Source: an uncultured delta proteobacterium (GTDB taxonomy: Bacteria; Desulfobacterota; Binatia; Binatales; Binataceae). From it: a DNA stretch of 64,000 nt. The position numbers and the translations under genes are program-made. The notes below the pieces were generated by a model. That model had not been told where the DNA came from. It made no database searches and saw only the letters and a program-made list of their open reading frames with translations. The stretch is taken from NCBI GenBank assembly GCA_963842085.1, contig CAWJET010000001.1, positions 480,001 to 544,000 of the forward strand. The letters are read 5' to 3'. This document shows positions 32,846 through 43,142 of the stretch, one piece after another. Position 1 is the first letter of the stretch; the number at the start of each line of letters is the position of its first letter.

Positions 32846-34543
32846 TCAGAAAGTGTTCCAGAACGAATCGCATATGTGGAAGCTGTTGAAGTTGGTCTCG
32901 GGCATCGGCGTCGGCGGGACCAACGACTGGAACTCGTCTGTTGATGCGCTGTACTTCGGCCACGCCGGCTGGCTGGACGAGTTAGGGTTAAGTGTCTTCG
33001 CGAATTGGGTCCAGTAGCTGATCATGCTGTTGGAAAGCATCTGCTGATCGGTAGTGAACGGGAAGATCCCGCCTGTTACGAGCATGATGTATTGAATCTC
33101 GGCGCCGTGAAACGCGCCCAGCGGAAAGCTCAGGCCCGGGATAGTGCCGGGAGGCGCGTTCTCGTCGTTGAACTCGTACGCATAGGCCGTTGTGAACTTC
33201 GACAATGACTTATCTGCATTGCGCGCCGGACAGCTAAAGACTCCGTCAGTACCCGAGGCGCTCAATGCCAGCCCGCCGACCGGGTAACTGCCATAGGGAT
33301 AGAGGTTCTCCACATAAGGCGCCAATGCCGAAGTCCACAGAGCGGTGACCGCGGCGTCGTATTCCGCCTGAGTATCGATAGGATTCCCTACTGCGTCGTA
33401 CTCCTCAGCTACGAAGCCTCTATATTCATCGTGATTGGTACCGGCCATGACAGGCACTCTATTGAATCCACCTTCGGCAAACGCGGCGCTGGGTGTCTGA
33501 GTAAGCAGTTTTCCGTCGACAAAGGGATACACCACAGATGCCTCTACTTCGACCAAGGCATCGGCAGACACGGCTCGCAGGCATTCGGCGGTCTGGCTGG
33601 AGCACCCGACAGCCGTCGCGACGGAGTTACCGGAAGGAGCGAGGCCGTTGGTAGTCTCGGCGGTCGCCAGCGTCTCGATAGCAGTAAAATAGTCCTGGAA
33701 TTCCAGGTAGGATCCGCTCTCCACTATCGCGCCGCGGAATAGTCCCTTCGCAAGTGGAGACGCTAGCTGGCAATACACGCTCTGCCCGCCAGCGGACTCG
33801 CCGAAGATAGTAACTTCCTTAGGATTTCCGCCAAAGGCCTTGATGTTGTCCTTGACCCATTTGAGCGCGAATTGCTGATCCATGAATCCATAGTTGCCGA
33901 GCAAATGCTTCTCGGCGTCGAGCCCGGACTCGGCCAGGAATCCCAGCACACCAAGGCGGTAGTTGATTGTGACAACGATGACACCTCCGCCGTTCACCAG
34001 CGGCGTAGGATCGTAAAGGTCGCCGCCTTGGGCGGTAAGCCCACCCCCGTGAATCCATACCATCACCGGCAGACCGCTCGATTTCTTCTTCTTTGCTTCG
34101 GGAGCCGTCGCTTCGTCGGCTTGTTCCGCCGCCCCTTCGCCAGATACGGCCTGGGAGGGCGCATAAACATTCAGGAACAGGCAATTCTCGCTGCCGGTCG
34201 GTGAAGGTGATCCAGGTTGCGTGCACTCACTGCCGAATGCGGTCGCCTCGAGAGGCGCCGTGAACTTACCGAAGGCCTTCGGTGGCATCCAGCGCAAAGG
34301 TCCCACCGGAGGCTTGGCGTAGGGGATGCCGAGAAATTCGTTCACCCCATCAACCGTCATGCCGAGCACGGCTCCGTCTTTGGTGATGGCAAACGGCGAT
34401 GGGTATGATGGCTTCTGCTTGTTGGCCGACGCGGTCGCTGCCGGTCCCAGCGTTAACGCGCAGATACCGGCCAATCCGAGGATAAGTCTGGAAGTAAGCG
34501 CATGATGCCAGCGCTGCTCGTTCGCTCTCGTGCAGTCGTTCAT
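32846..34543 (-). CDS. Secreted type-B carboxylesterase
   Basis: FLGIPYA, ENCLFLNVY, WIHGGG and FGESAG; signal peptide. Confidence 0.93.
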   Translation of the reverse strand: MNDCTRANEQRWHHALTSRLILGLAGICALTLGPAATASANKQKPSYPSPFAITKDGAVLGMTVDGVNEFLGIPYAKPPVGPLRWMPPKAFGKFTAPLEATAFGSECTQPGSPSPTGSENCLFLNVYAPSQAVSGEGAAEQADEATAPEAKKKKSSGLPVMVWIHGGGLTAQGGDLYDPTPLVNGGGVIVVTINYRLGVLGFLAESGLDAEKHLLGNYGFMDQQFALKWVKDNIKAFGGNPKEVTIFGESAGGQSVYCQLASPLAKGLFRGAIVESGSYLEFQDYFTAIETLATAETTNGLAPSGNSVATAVGCSSQTAECLRAVSADALVEVEASVVYPFVDGKLLTQTPSAAFAEGGFNRVPVMAGTNHDEYRGFVAEEYDAVGNPIDTQAEYDAAVTALWTSALAPYVENLYPYGSYPVGGLALSASGTDGVFSCPARNADKSLSKFTTAYAYEFNDENAPPGTIPGLSFPLGAFHGAEIQYIMLVTGGIFPFTTDQQMLSNSMISYWTQFAKTLNPNSSSQPAWPKYSASTDEFQSLVPPTPMPETNFNSFHICDSFWNTF

Positions 34544-34814
34544 CGATTTTGAGTCCCTCCGATCGAGTCTTTAAAACACGCCGCGACGCGTCTTCTTGCA
34601 TGAACAATTTTACTGTAGATGCCGCAACTCATCTGGATGACTGGGAGCAGAACATACGAGGTCGCGATCAGGAATATTGAAAAGTCGAATCTCTGCAGCG
34701 CGCGAAAAAGGTCTGCCCACCCTCCCACAATCGCCTCTCTCCTCTCGCACCACTCGGTTGGCTTCATAAGACCGGGCCGATTATTCGCTCTTCGCCGGAG
34801 AGGCTCGAATTGGT

Positions 34815-35118
34815 AAACGGTCGCCTCGACATATTCGCGGTAGTCAGACCTGCTTTCGAGCAATTTCTGATGGGTACCTTGCGCGGCGATTCTGCCGCGG
34901 CTGAGAAAACAGACACTATCGCACTCCATCAGCGTGGTTGCGCGATGCGCTAGAACTATTATGATGCGATTGCGAGCGAGCTGCTCGCCCTCGGCGCCGC
35001 ATTTTTCACAGCCATAATCCTGGGGCGGAAAGAAAGTGTAGCCGCGTCCTTTGAGCGCGGGAATCGCGTCGGTGCTGCTCTCAGAAAGAGTTGGCTGAGC
35101 GAGAATCAGCTCGATCAT
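34815..35118 (-). pseudogene. Chimera: DUF35 zinc-ribbon fragment fused to an ABC ATPase C-terminal fragment
   Basis: TFFPPQDYGCEKCG then IIVLAHR..GRIAAQGTHQKLL in one frame. Confidence 0.6.
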
Positions 35119-35211
35119 GGTACCTCCCAGTTGTCATACACGAGTACGCTTAACAAAATTATCTGTCAACACATACTTGATTGTTAGCAACTAAAGTATT
35201 AAAAGTAGCCT

Positions 35212-35862
35212 ATGGATGCGGAAACCCAAATCGGAACAATTCGCAAGCGCCGCCGCCACACCCAGAATGAGCGCCGCGCTCTTTCCGACCAGAGAATGCT
35301 CGAAGCGGCGCTGAAATTAATCGCCCGTCAAGGCAGTGGACGCACGACGCTAGCCGAGATCGGTGAAGTCGCCGGCTACACCTACGGCTTGGTCTCCAAT
35401 CGTTTCGGATCGAAGGCGGCGCTGATTCGCGCCGTCACGCGCATGCTGCAGTCGCATTTCGCGCGCCGGACCTTCGCAGAAATCGAAAACCTCACTGGGC
35501 TAGCTGCCCTGAAGGTTCTGGTCGAAAAGTATTTGACCACAATGGATTCGTCTGGTCGGCGCGCTCTTTACGTATTGATCGGCGAAGCCCTGGCGCCAGT
35601 GCCCGAGATCAGGCCTGAGATGGCGGAAGCCGATGAAGGCTTTCGCCGACATCTTGAGACCCATATCCAGCGCGGGATCACCTCCGGGGAAATCCGTTCC
35701 GACGTCAATCCTGCCGCACAGTCTGCGCTGCTGGTGGCTACGCTACGGGGCATCTCCTTTCAGGGTCTGATCAATCCCCAAGCGTTCGATCGCAAAACCA
35801 TCGCGAGTGAATTGCAGTTGAATATCGAAAGAACTCTCCGGCGCCCCGGCGTGCAATCTTAA
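35212..35862 (+). CDS. TetR/AcrR family regulator
   Basis: MLEAALKLIARQG..TTLAEIGEVAG..RFGSKAAL HTH. Confidence 0.92.
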   Translation: MDAETQIGTIRKRRRHTQNERRALSDQRMLEAALKLIARQGSGRTTLAEIGEVAGYTYGLVSNRFGSKAALIRAVTRMLQSHFARRTFAEIENLTGLAALKVLVEKYLTTMDSSGRRALYVLIGEALAPVPEIRPEMAEADEGFRRHLETHIQRGITSGEIRSDVNPAAQSALLVATLRGISFQGLINPQAFDRKTIASELQLNIERTLRRPGVQS

Positions 35863-36058
35863 TCATCGGGACGGAAGTAACCGGGAGCCCTCGATTTGAG
35901 ACCTAGCAGGTTGCGGAAAAACTCAATGAAAGACGATTTCGGCGAAGAGTAAGCATTACTACGATCACGAGAATGCGTCTTGGATCAATGTCATCAGGAG
36001 TCAAAAACCCTTTTTCCGCAACCTGCTAGAGCCGAATCTCCTGCGCACAAAGATCGAG

Positions 36059-37381
36059 ATGAACATGATGACCGGCATGTCTATCGCACTGGTCGGCGCG
36101 ATAGCCGCCATCGCAACCGGTGTCGCCGCTGCTTACGCGCAATCGCATTCCGCGCCGGCCACCGCGCCGAGCCCACTCCCTTCCACGGCTCACACCGCCG
36201 GCGCTGGAGTGTCCTCCGTGTCCGCGCCCGGAACCATCATAACCTCCGGCAACGCGTCCGCGTACGCGAACAATCTCCCCGCTGCCGCGGCGCTCGCCCT
36301 ACAGCACGGTTTCAAAATCCAGGTAGTGCCGACCGACACGCTTCAATGGTCGGCCGGCTTCCAGAGCGCGACGGAAAAATATTCGTCGCAGGTGGGCCTC
36401 GACAAAGACGATTACATGATCAATTACGTCGCCGGCATGCCTTTTCCACTGATCGACGCTAACGATCCGAAAGCGGCGGTCAAGATCGCATACAACTGGC
36501 ACATGGGGCCCGTGCTGCCCGACGATTTCTCGCTGTCGCCATGGAGCAGTAACGGCTACCTCGCGGATCAGAACAACCCGGCGCGGTTTCGGCAGTCCGA
36601 CGATTTCGACAGTCTGTGCGACAAGTTCGACTTTCTTCGCTACGCACATCGCACGGAAGTCGATCCACGCCCGACGCTGGGTTCCAACTCGAGCGGTGTG
36701 GAATGGAAAGCCAAGTGCAATCAGTGGTCAGCCATTGGCTTCGGCGCGTCTGCAGGCGAAGGCGCAGGCATCTGGATCCGCTATCTCGATCCCAAGGCTC
36801 ATGACGGATTCTACAGTATCAGCCAGCAGTCCCGTCGCGTCCGCCAGGCGGAAATCGCGCTTCAATATCCCAATCACGTCTGCCGCCAATGCCATCAGCC
36901 CTACTGGGCGTATGCGCTGCCGAAGACGGAAATCTACACCTATCGCCTGCTAGGCACAGCCCCGATTCTCGGGTGCATGAACGCTAATGACGAGCCCGCG
37001 GGAATCACGCCGTCGGAATCCGGGTACCGGCTCACGGAGGAGCCGTTCCAGTTGCGCCACGCCTACATCCTCGAGATGACGCCGACTCAGAACAACCTTT
37101 CGGAGCGTACCCTGATATTTATCGATAGCGAAATCTACGTTTGGCTCGCCGCTGAGTTCTACGAAGGCGGGGAGCGCGTTGCGACGGCGATCCCGCTATG
37201 GCATCAGCATCCGTCGCCCGAAGGTGGCAACTTGTTCGACCTGGCGGGCAGCTTCTACTTTTCCAGCGAGCATCCGGACTTCTTGCGATCGGTCGTGCCG
37301 GCGCATACTTCGTTCACACAGAAGATCAATGCCGGCGAGGCCTCCGAGAGCGATTTCCTGCCGCAGATGATGATCCGATAG
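36059..37381 (+). CDS. Exported DUF1329-like protein
   Basis: Signal peptide; NYVAGMPFP.ID.NDPKAAVKIAYN motif. Confidence 0.7.
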   Translation: MNMMTGMSIALVGAIAAIATGVAAAYAQSHSAPATAPSPLPSTAHTAGAGVSSVSAPGTIITSGNASAYANNLPAAAALALQHGFKIQVVPTDTLQWSAGFQSATEKYSSQVGLDKDDYMINYVAGMPFPLIDANDPKAAVKIAYNWHMGPVLPDDFSLSPWSSNGYLADQNNPARFRQSDDFDSLCDKFDFLRYAHRTEVDPRPTLGSNSSGVEWKAKCNQWSAIGFGASAGEGAGIWIRYLDPKAHDGFYSISQQSRRVRQAEIALQYPNHVCRQCHQPYWAYALPKTEIYTYRLLGTAPILGCMNANDEPAGITPSESGYRLTEEPFQLRHAYILEMTPTQNNLSERTLIFIDSEIYVWLAAEFYEGGERVATAIPLWHQHPSPEGGNLFDLAGSFYFSSEHPDFLRSVVPAHTSFTQKINAGEASESDFLPQMMIR

Positions 37382-37481
37382 CGGAAAAGGAGGCCCCGTA
37401 ATTGAACGGTGACATTCTGGATCTTGATGGTCGCGTTGGTCTGATAACAGTTTTAGTTACCAGTCATCCGCCATTTTAAAC

Positions 37482-39131
37482 CTACTCGCGTTCCATGAAG
37501 CCCTCGAGGTTGCGCGAGCGCCCAGTCTGGCGCAGCTTGCGCAGCGCCTTCGCCTCGATTTGGCGAATACGTTCGCGGGTGACGGCAAACAGCTTACCGA
37601 CCTCTTCGAGGGTGCAGTCGGCCTTCCGGCCGATTCCGAAGCGCATCCGCAGGATCTGCTCTTCGCGTGGCGTCAGCGTCGCCAATACCTTGCGCGTCAG
37701 CTCGCCGAGATTGCCCCGGATCGCTGCCTCGACCGGTGATGGCACCAATTGGTCCTCGACGAAGTCCCCGAGCGATCTTTGCTCATCGTCGCCGAGCGGG
37801 GTTTCGAGCGAGATCGGCTCCCTGACGAGCTTGAGCGCCTTCTGGACCTTGTCAAGCGGCATCTCCATCTGCTCGGCAACCTCCTCCGGGCTCGGCTCGC
37901 GGCCCAGCCGCTGCACCAACAGGCGCGTCACGCGCAGCAGCTTGCTGACCGTCTCAACCATGTGGACCGGGATACGGATCGTCCGGCTCTGGTCGGCGAT
38001 TGCACGCGCCATCGACTGCCGAATCCACCACGTCGCGTAAGTCGAGAACTTGAAGCCGCGCTGGTACTCGAACTTCACCACCGCCCGCATCAGGCCAATA
38101 TTGCCTTCCTGGATAAGGTCGAGGAGCCCTAGCCCGCGGTTCGCGTTACGCTTGGCAAGGCTCACCACCAGCCGCAAGTTGCCTTCGGTCAGCTCCTGCT
38201 TGGCGCGCCGGCTCTGGGCCTGGCCCGACGCGATCGTTTCGAGCGAGCGCGCAAATTCGTCGGTCCCAACCTTGACCCGGCGCTCGACCTCCTTGACGGT
38301 CTTCTGCGCCTGTTTGATTCGCGCGGCGATATTGAGCAGGTTCTCGCGGTTGCCGTTGATCTTCAGCAAATGGCGGCGGTCTTCGGCCTTGGCCGCGTCG
38401 CACAGAAGCTGCGACTTACTGCGGCCGGTCGCCTCCTCGTAACGCTGGATCAGCGTCTGCGAATCGCGCGCTTCCTGGAGCAGGCGGCGCAGCTCGCCGA
38501 TGACGGCCTCCTGCAGGTGGCGCGAAAGCTCAAGATGATGCAATTCGCGCCTGACGCTCTCCTTGAAACGCACCTGCGACTTCTCGAGTTTCGCCTTCAG
38601 GATCGGCTTGGGCCGCTGCTTGAGCTTCTCCTCGAGATCCTCGATCCGGTGCTGCAGCGACTTGAGCTTGGTGGTCGCGGTGAACAGCTGTTTGAGTCGC
38701 TTTTCGTTGGCCTCGCGCCCACGCTCCTCATCGGCGTCGGTAGGCTCTTCGTTTTCATCGAAGAGGTCGCGCAGTTCAGCCTCGCCCGCCTCGACTCGCG
38801 TGCCCATCTCGATTACCAAATCGAGCGTCACCGGAGAACGCAGAACCTCCTCCTCGACTGCGTTCTCGCCCGCTTCGATGCGCTTTGCGATTTCGACTTC
38901 CTGCTCCCGCGAGAGGAGCTGGAAGTTACCCATCTCCTTGAGGTAGAGGCGGACGGGATCCGACGACTCGCCGATCGATTCAGCGGCCGGCGCGGGCTCG
39001 GCGGTATCGTCGGGCCCTTCAGCCTCGAGTTCGCCTTCCCTTCCGTCCGCCGGGACGTCGGCGAGGACCTTGATGTCCAACCGCTGTGCCCGCCCAGGCG
39101 TTCGGCGATCACTCTTTGATTTCAAGAGCAA
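37482..39131 (-). CDS. rpoD: RpoD-like sigma-70 paralog lacking most of region 1.1
   Basis: [43 protein letters not shown] and TRERIRQIE; start doubtful. Confidence 0.85.
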   Translation of the reverse strand: MLLKSKSDRRTPGRAQRLDIKVLADVPADGREGELEAEGPDDTAEPAPAAESIGESSDPVRLYLKEMGNFQLLSREQEVEIAKRIEAGENAVEEEVLRSPVTLDLVIEMGTRVEAGEAELRDLFDENEEPTDADEERGREANEKRLKQLFTATTKLKSLQHRIEDLEEKLKQRPKPILKAKLEKSQVRFKESVRRELHHLELSRHLQEAVIGELRRLLQEARDSQTLIQRYEEATGRSKSQLLCDAAKAEDRRHLLKINGNRENLLNIAARIKQAQKTVKEVERRVKVGTDEFARSLETIASGQAQSRRAKQELTEGNLRLVVSLAKRNANRGLGLLDLIQEGNIGLMRAVVKFEYQRGFKFSTYATWWIRQSMARAIADQSRTIRIPVHMVETVSKLLRVTRLLVQRLGREPSPEEVAEQMEMPLDKVQKALKLVREPISLETPLGDDEQRSLGDFVEDQLVPSPVEAAIRGNLGELTRKVLATLTPREEQILRMRFGIGRKADCTLEEVGKLFAVTRERIRQIEAKALRKLRQTGRSRNLEGFMERE

Positions 39132-39339
39132 CCTTGCGGTTGTTCCGCGCTGCGACCGCGTTGAGGATTGTGCGAATCGAATACGCGGTACGGCCCTGCC
39201 TGCCTATTACTCTGCCCAAGTCTTCCTTCGCCACGCGCAATTCAAGCAGCGTGGCTACCTCGCCCCGAGTCTCCGTGACCTCGACCGCGTCAGGGTTGTT
39301 AACCAACTGCTGCGCCAAAAATCGGACTAGCTCCTTCAT
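39109..39339 (-). CDS. khpA: KH-domain RNA-binding protein KhpA
   Basis: [13 protein letters not shown]; 76 aa. Confidence 0.88.
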   Translation of the reverse strand: MKELVRFLAQQLVNNPDAVEVTETRGEVATLLELRVAKEDLGRVIGRQGRTAYSIRTILNAVAARNNRKVALEIKE

Positions 39340-39454
39340 GGCTGGCTCCGTTGAAGAAGTCGAAGGGGAAGTTTTTACAAGCCGCCCTGACTAAGCCTAG
39401 GCTAACCATGTCTTATAGATACCTGCCAAAACTAGGATAGTTCAGCTTGAACTT

Positions 39455-39505
39455 ATCTCAATGTCGCGCTTGAGGAGCTCGCCGTGGATCCGCGGGGCAC
39501 CGCGC
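39455..39505 (-). pseudogene. rve-type transposase fragment
   Basis: GAPRIHGELLK. Confidence 0.6.
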
Positions 39506-39674
39506 GTGATTTCATTTAGGGAGCGATGACGAGCCCCCGGAAACTGGACAACCCGATCATTCGCCTGACGACTCGTTTCAAGACCGAACGAAATGGGCGC
39601 GATCGCTACCGCTGTCCGTTTCCTACTCGCTGATCTCGTTGGCGATGTATTCGCAAAACCGCTTGAGCCGGAGG

Positions 39675-39840
39675 ACAAATTGAGTTTCGTCGGACGAAAG
39701 TTTCACAACCCAGCCAGGTTCTCGCGACACCAGAATTCAAGGTTAACGACGCGCCTGCAGGTTCATTTGCATGCTGCGCGGCACCGGAGAAGACCACTTT
39801 CTGCCGGTCCGTGCGCGAGATGCGGCCAAAGTCTCTGTTG
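39675..39840 (+). repeat. 5' part of the conserved arm (one 14-mer) joined to an arm-B segment
   Basis: TTGAGTTTCGTCGGA..TTCTCGCGACACCAGAATTC, then CGCGGCACCGGAGA shared with 42956-42969. Confidence 0.75.
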
Positions 39841-39938
39841 GCAAGTGAGGCGGTTTCCATCCATGCGCGACGCACGACAGGAATCGATTCGCCGACGGAC
39901 TTGGCCAGAGTGTGCGGAAGTGCTCGAAGGTAAACGGG

Positions 39939-40190
39939 CTAGGCGATTCCCACGGCCTGTTCTTGCGCGGTCCAGAGCAGAGGGAGATCGATCCGTTCGG
40001 CCAAAGCCTCCGCGGCGAGCTCGGTTGGCTGGTTACCTGCGACTATCGCCTCGACAATCTCCGGGGCTAGGAACGCCAGCCGCGTCAATCGTCTGACGCA
40101 GCGGTCACCGACCGCCTCGCGTTCAGCGATCTCAGCAACTGACCACGCTCTGCCCGTCAGTAGGTCCTCAGACCATTGTCGCGCCCGGGC
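39939..40190 (-). pseudogene. LSR C-terminal relic
   Basis: ARARQW..IAEREAV..LAFLAPEIVEAIVAGNQP..LPLLWTAQ. Confidence 0.8.
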
Positions 40191-40349
40191 GGAAATTGGA
40201 TGTGGGATCGTCGAGTTTTGGATAAGCCCCTGATTTCGCATCTCTGAGCCGGTATCATAATCGGGCCGACCCCTGTCGGTGAAGGATTTTCATCAATAGC
40301 CAAGTGCGCGCGAGCGCCACAAGAACCAGCGGCGATTAGGAGCATCAAG

Positions 40350-41369
40350 ATGAAACTCAAGGAACTCGCATTGAAGCTGGGACTCGAATTGCGCGGTGAC
40401 GGCGCCGTGGAGATTTTCGCGCCGGCGCCGATCGAGGCGGCCGGTCCCGGCATGATCGTCTTCGTGGCGAGCGCGAAGTATTCATCCGCGCTGCAATCCA
40501 ACGTATCGGCGGCGATCACGACCGCCGAGCTTGGGGCGGGCGCGAAATGCGCGACGCTTATCAGCGCAAATCCGTACGCGGACTTCGCCCGCGTGCTCAA
40601 GATTTTCTTTCCGCCGCACCGGCCCGCGCTGGGTATCGATCCGCGGGCTTCGATCGCGCCCGACGCGAAGATCGGTGCGAACGCGTCGATCGGCGCGTCG
40701 GCGGTAATCGGCGCGGGCGTTACGATTGGGCGCGATGCGGTGATTCATCCGAACGTGACGATTTACCCGGGCGTGCGCATCGGCGATCGCTTTACCGCGC
40801 ACAGCGGCGTGTCCATTCGCGAGGGAACGGTGATCGGGGATCGCGTGACGATTTTGAACGGCGCAGTAATCGGCGCCGACGGCTTCGGTTTCGTCGAGGA
40901 AAAGGGCGACTTGATCAAAATTCCGCAAGTCGGCACCGTCATACTCGAGGACGATGTGGAGATCGGCGCGAATTCGACGGTCGATCGCGCGATGATGGGG
41001 GCGACGGTGCTGCATCGCGGCGTGAAGCTCGACGACCAGGTGCATATTGGGCACAACTGCGAAATCGGCGAGTACTCGAGCTTCTCGGGCCAGACGGGAA
41101 TCTCGGGCTCGACCCGAATCGGCAAATGGTGCCTGTTCGGCGGGCAGGTAGGATGCGCCGACCACGCGACGATCGGCGATCGCGTCATTGTCGCCGCGCA
41201 GGCCGGCATCCACAGCGGCTTGAAAGACCACGCGATCGTCGGGGGCAGCCCGGCGGTGAACGTACGCAAGTACCGGCGCAACTCAGCAGCGCTGTCGCGT
41301 CTGCCCGACCTGATTCGGCGAGTGCGCGCGCTGGAGAATCGAGCCGGCATCGGCGCCAACGGGGCGTAA
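40350..41369 (+). CDS. lpxD: UDP-3-O-acyl-glucosamine N-acyltransferase
   Basis: Hexapeptide repeats; IGADGFGF, KIPQVG, EIGANSTVDR and VHIGHN. Confidence 0.95.
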   Translation: MKLKELALKLGLELRGDGAVEIFAPAPIEAAGPGMIVFVASAKYSSALQSNVSAAITTAELGAGAKCATLISANPYADFARVLKIFFPPHRPALGIDPRASIAPDAKIGANASIGASAVIGAGVTIGRDAVIHPNVTIYPGVRIGDRFTAHSGVSIREGTVIGDRVTILNGAVIGADGFGFVEEKGDLIKIPQVGTVILEDDVEIGANSTVDRAMMGATVLHRGVKLDDQVHIGHNCEIGEYSSFSGQTGISGSTRIGKWCLFGGQVGCADHATIGDRVIVAAQAGIHSGLKDHAIVGGSPAVNVRKYRRNSAALSRLPDLIRRVRALENRAGIGANGA

Positions 41370-41501
41370 GGTTTGGGCGGCGGAGATGCGGAGGACCCGA
41401 CAATCAATTGGAACAATCTCGCGGGTCGCCCGCCTGATATCGCGCACCTTGCCGGGTACTCCATCGACCGCCCATTGTATCGCTTCTTCGGGAGGCCCTC
41501 G

Positions 41502-41580
41502 CAGGTCCTCCATCAAATCCATCGAGCCCTTGATGTCCGCGAACAGCGCCGTGACCGTCTTGCGCTCGCCCTCGAGCCGC
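41502..41580 (-). pseudogene. Class III adenylate cyclase fragment
   Basis: LEGERKTVTALFADIKGSMDLMEDL. Confidence 0.7.
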
Positions 41581-41959
41581 GCGCCGTCAGCAAAAGTTCA
41601 GCGCCCAGGCCTACGGCACGTCGATTGCCCAGGCGGTGTTCTAATTTGAATTGTCGGAGCGAAATCCGGCGACAACCCAACCGAGCACTAGAACGAGACC
41701 ACTTGTGCAGAAATCTGCACAAGTGATTGGCATTCGCCAGCCAGATGGCGCAATGAATCTCACATGCTTGTTCAGTGTTTTGATATCGACATCCGCGCGG
41801 GCGAGCGCTGCGCCGCGCCCAGCTGCCGCCAGCCTGCGGCTCATCGCGTCACGATCACGGACGACTATGGCGATCTGAGCGCAAAATTTTTCCTTTGCGA
41901 CGACTCTCTCGACGAGGTGATGGGCGCACTCGAACTGGTCGAGCACGTGCTGAACGCCT

Positions 41960-42075
41960 CTGTAGTACTTTCCTACAATCTAGAGTGAGCAGAAAATCCC
42001 CGCGTGACGGGGCGCTTGTGCGCTTGATGCGAACCGGAGAGCGCGAGTCCTGCACCTGATTCGGCGAATTTCTCG
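41960..42075 (+). repeat. Isolated arm-B copy
   Basis: TGTAG..TACAATC..AAAT..CGCGTG..ACCGGAGAG..CTGATTCG is colinear with 42889-43000. Confidence 0.6.
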
Positions 42076-42247
42076 GGTTTGTCTCCAGGCGCAGAAAAGC
42101 CGGTTCGCTTCACGGTTCCAAGATTCGCTCATCCATCGCCTTTCTGAGATGGGGCCGGTCGCGGCTCTAGTCGATTCCGATCGCCTTCAACTGCGCCGGC
42201 CATTCGAGCGGCAGATCAATTCGGTTGAGCAGCGTCTGGGCGTTGAG

Positions 42248-42881
42248 CGCTGAACTGATCAAGATCACGATCGGATCGGCGTACCCCGACAACGAAATTC
42301 AGACCATGGAGATCAAGGGACGCGACCTGGTCGGCGGAGTGCCGAAGACCATCGAGATCACCGACGAGGAAATTCGCGAGGCGCTGATGGAACCGGTGAG
42401 CCAGATAGTCGAATCGGTGCGAATCGCGCTTGAGCGCACTCCCCCGGAGCTTGCCTCCGACATCGTGGACAAGGGAATTGTGCTGGCCGGCGGCGGCGCG
42501 CTGCTGCGCAACCTCGACGTTTTGCTCCACGAAGAAACCAGGCTGCCGGTCAGGCTGGCGGACGATCCGCTGACGGCGGTCGTGATGGGCGTGGGGAAGG
42601 TGCTGGACGAACTGTCGCTGCTGCGCGACGTGACTGTTGACTGATTTTTCGGGCGGATACCCCTGACAATGCGCCCGCGCTTCGGGTGACCTGACTGTGA
42701 GAAGATTCTCGCGACACTGAAATTCGAGGTGCATGGCGGGCAGGGTACCGAACTGAAAGCGAATTTATTCTCTGGACGATGTTAGCTTATCTCGACAGGA
42801 AATTTCTCAAGCAATCGCGGAGGTTTTCCTTTGGACAGACTTCTCGCGACACCGGCGGTTCGAATCCACCCCGCTCCGCCA
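42248..42881 (+). repeat. mreB: Direct repeat copy 2: mreB 3' fragment (to 42644) + arm + tRNA-like end
   Basis: Matches 1770..2404. Confidence 0.95.
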
Positions 42882-43142
42882 CACAGTTTGTAGTGTTCAT
42901 ATACAATCCGGAGATGGCGGTAAATTCGCGCGTGGACGGGCCGATTCGCTCACCTCGCGGCACCGGAGAGAGCGAATAATCTTGCAAATCGCTGATTCGC
43001 TGCGATTCCTCTCTGTTTAGAAAAGATTCGGTGCCACGAGCCCAGCCCCGGTATTTGCGCCTTTGACGCTTGACCTCTCGCCCTGATCGTCGGCCCAAGG
43101 AGGTCAGAAGAGAGGAAGAGAGAATGAGAAGGGGCGGCCGTT

